This document shows, in pieces, positions 63,276 to 64,000 of a stretch of DNA of 64,000 nt. Numbering within the stretch: the first letter of the stretch is position 1; each line of letters opens with the position of its first letter. The notes beneath the pieces were generated by a model. It saw nothing but the letters and a program-made list of their open reading frames with translations. It was not told where the DNA came from and ran no database searches. Source of the stretch: Podarcis liolepis (lineage: Eukaryota); assembly GCA_965112155.1 (NCBI GenBank), contig OZ218100.1; one strand, 5' to 3'. Position numbers and translations under genes: made by a program.

Positions 63276-64000
63276 TCAGCAAGATTTCAGCATGACTTGG
63301 CCCAGTCCTGAGCAGCGGAACCACAGGTGAGAACCCTCTTGACCTTCACCGTGGATTGCAAAGTTCACACTCTGGTCCAGAGGGGATGAGCAAGCAAACA
63401 ATAGTGAGGGGGGCAAGGAGGAGCTGCCACTGTTCATTGGGTCATTCTGGCAAGCAAGCAGGTGGCAGCAATAGTGACTTAATGTTCTAAATTGTCCATT
63501 AAACTTTAATTAGTTTAATGTTAAGTAAACGTCCAGTGCGCTTCCAACGCCATAAATCTTATCTCAGCAGAGAATTTCATGCAGCGGTTGAAGAAGGCAG
63601 GAGAGTCAGTATCTTTCAATGAAGAATCCTGGAGCAAGCACTTTGGAACTCAGGAAAAAAACTTTATTTACAAAAGAAAAACCCTGGCGATAAAGCACAC
63701 ATGCTTTTATCTCCGGCATAAAGAAAACTTTACTCTAAACTTAACTCATATTAGCAAACATGCCCATGGCCACAAACTGAGTCTGCGAGTCAGGTCGGGG
63801 GGGGGGGGAGAGAGAGAGAGAAAACACACGGGTGAACTGACTATACAAACTAACTCACATTCCTGGATGCTTAATGACTTCCAGCTGCTCAGTGATTAGA
63901 GCGACTTGTTACCTCTTAACCCTTTAGTACCAACATCAATTAAGTGGCAACGCTTGTCCCAGATATTACCATTTCAAACTGGTGAGTGATAGACATGGTT

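Noticed and set aside
60730-64000. Start of a neighbouring gene such as EPAS1
   Set aside because: No CpG island or coding exon seen; only TE fragments and intergenic-looking sequence.

Overview
Eukaryotic genomic DNA from a squamate reptile, most likely a lacertid lizard, judged from Sauria SINE, Squam3-like SINEs with (CTT)n tails and tRNA-Lys/CR1 SINEs. The window holds the 3' part of PRKCE (protein kinase C epsilon) on the + strand. Five coding exons are present, equivalent to human exons 11-15 as I recall the numbering: 20370-20524, 31582-31720, 32967-33155, 37625-37771 and 53768-53914. All have GT-AG boundaries and join in frame through the kinase domain C-lobe and the C-terminal tail. 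Bases 1-20369 appear to be a long upstream intron. A long 3'UTR probably runs to an AATAAA at 60707. The rest is introns packed with retroposons (CR1, L2, L1, RTE/BovB, Penelope, several SINEs) and MITEs (Tc1/mariner, hAT, Harbinger-like), often nested, plus three assembly gaps. I found no convincing new protein-coding system. The best leads are RNA-level: inverted TE pairs flanking exons 11 and 14, a Penelope fragment with a broken hammerhead ribozyme, a sense L1 poly(A) signal before the last exon, and a dense miRNA/Pumilio site region in the 3'UTR. Repeat family names come from recognising sequence, not from a database search.
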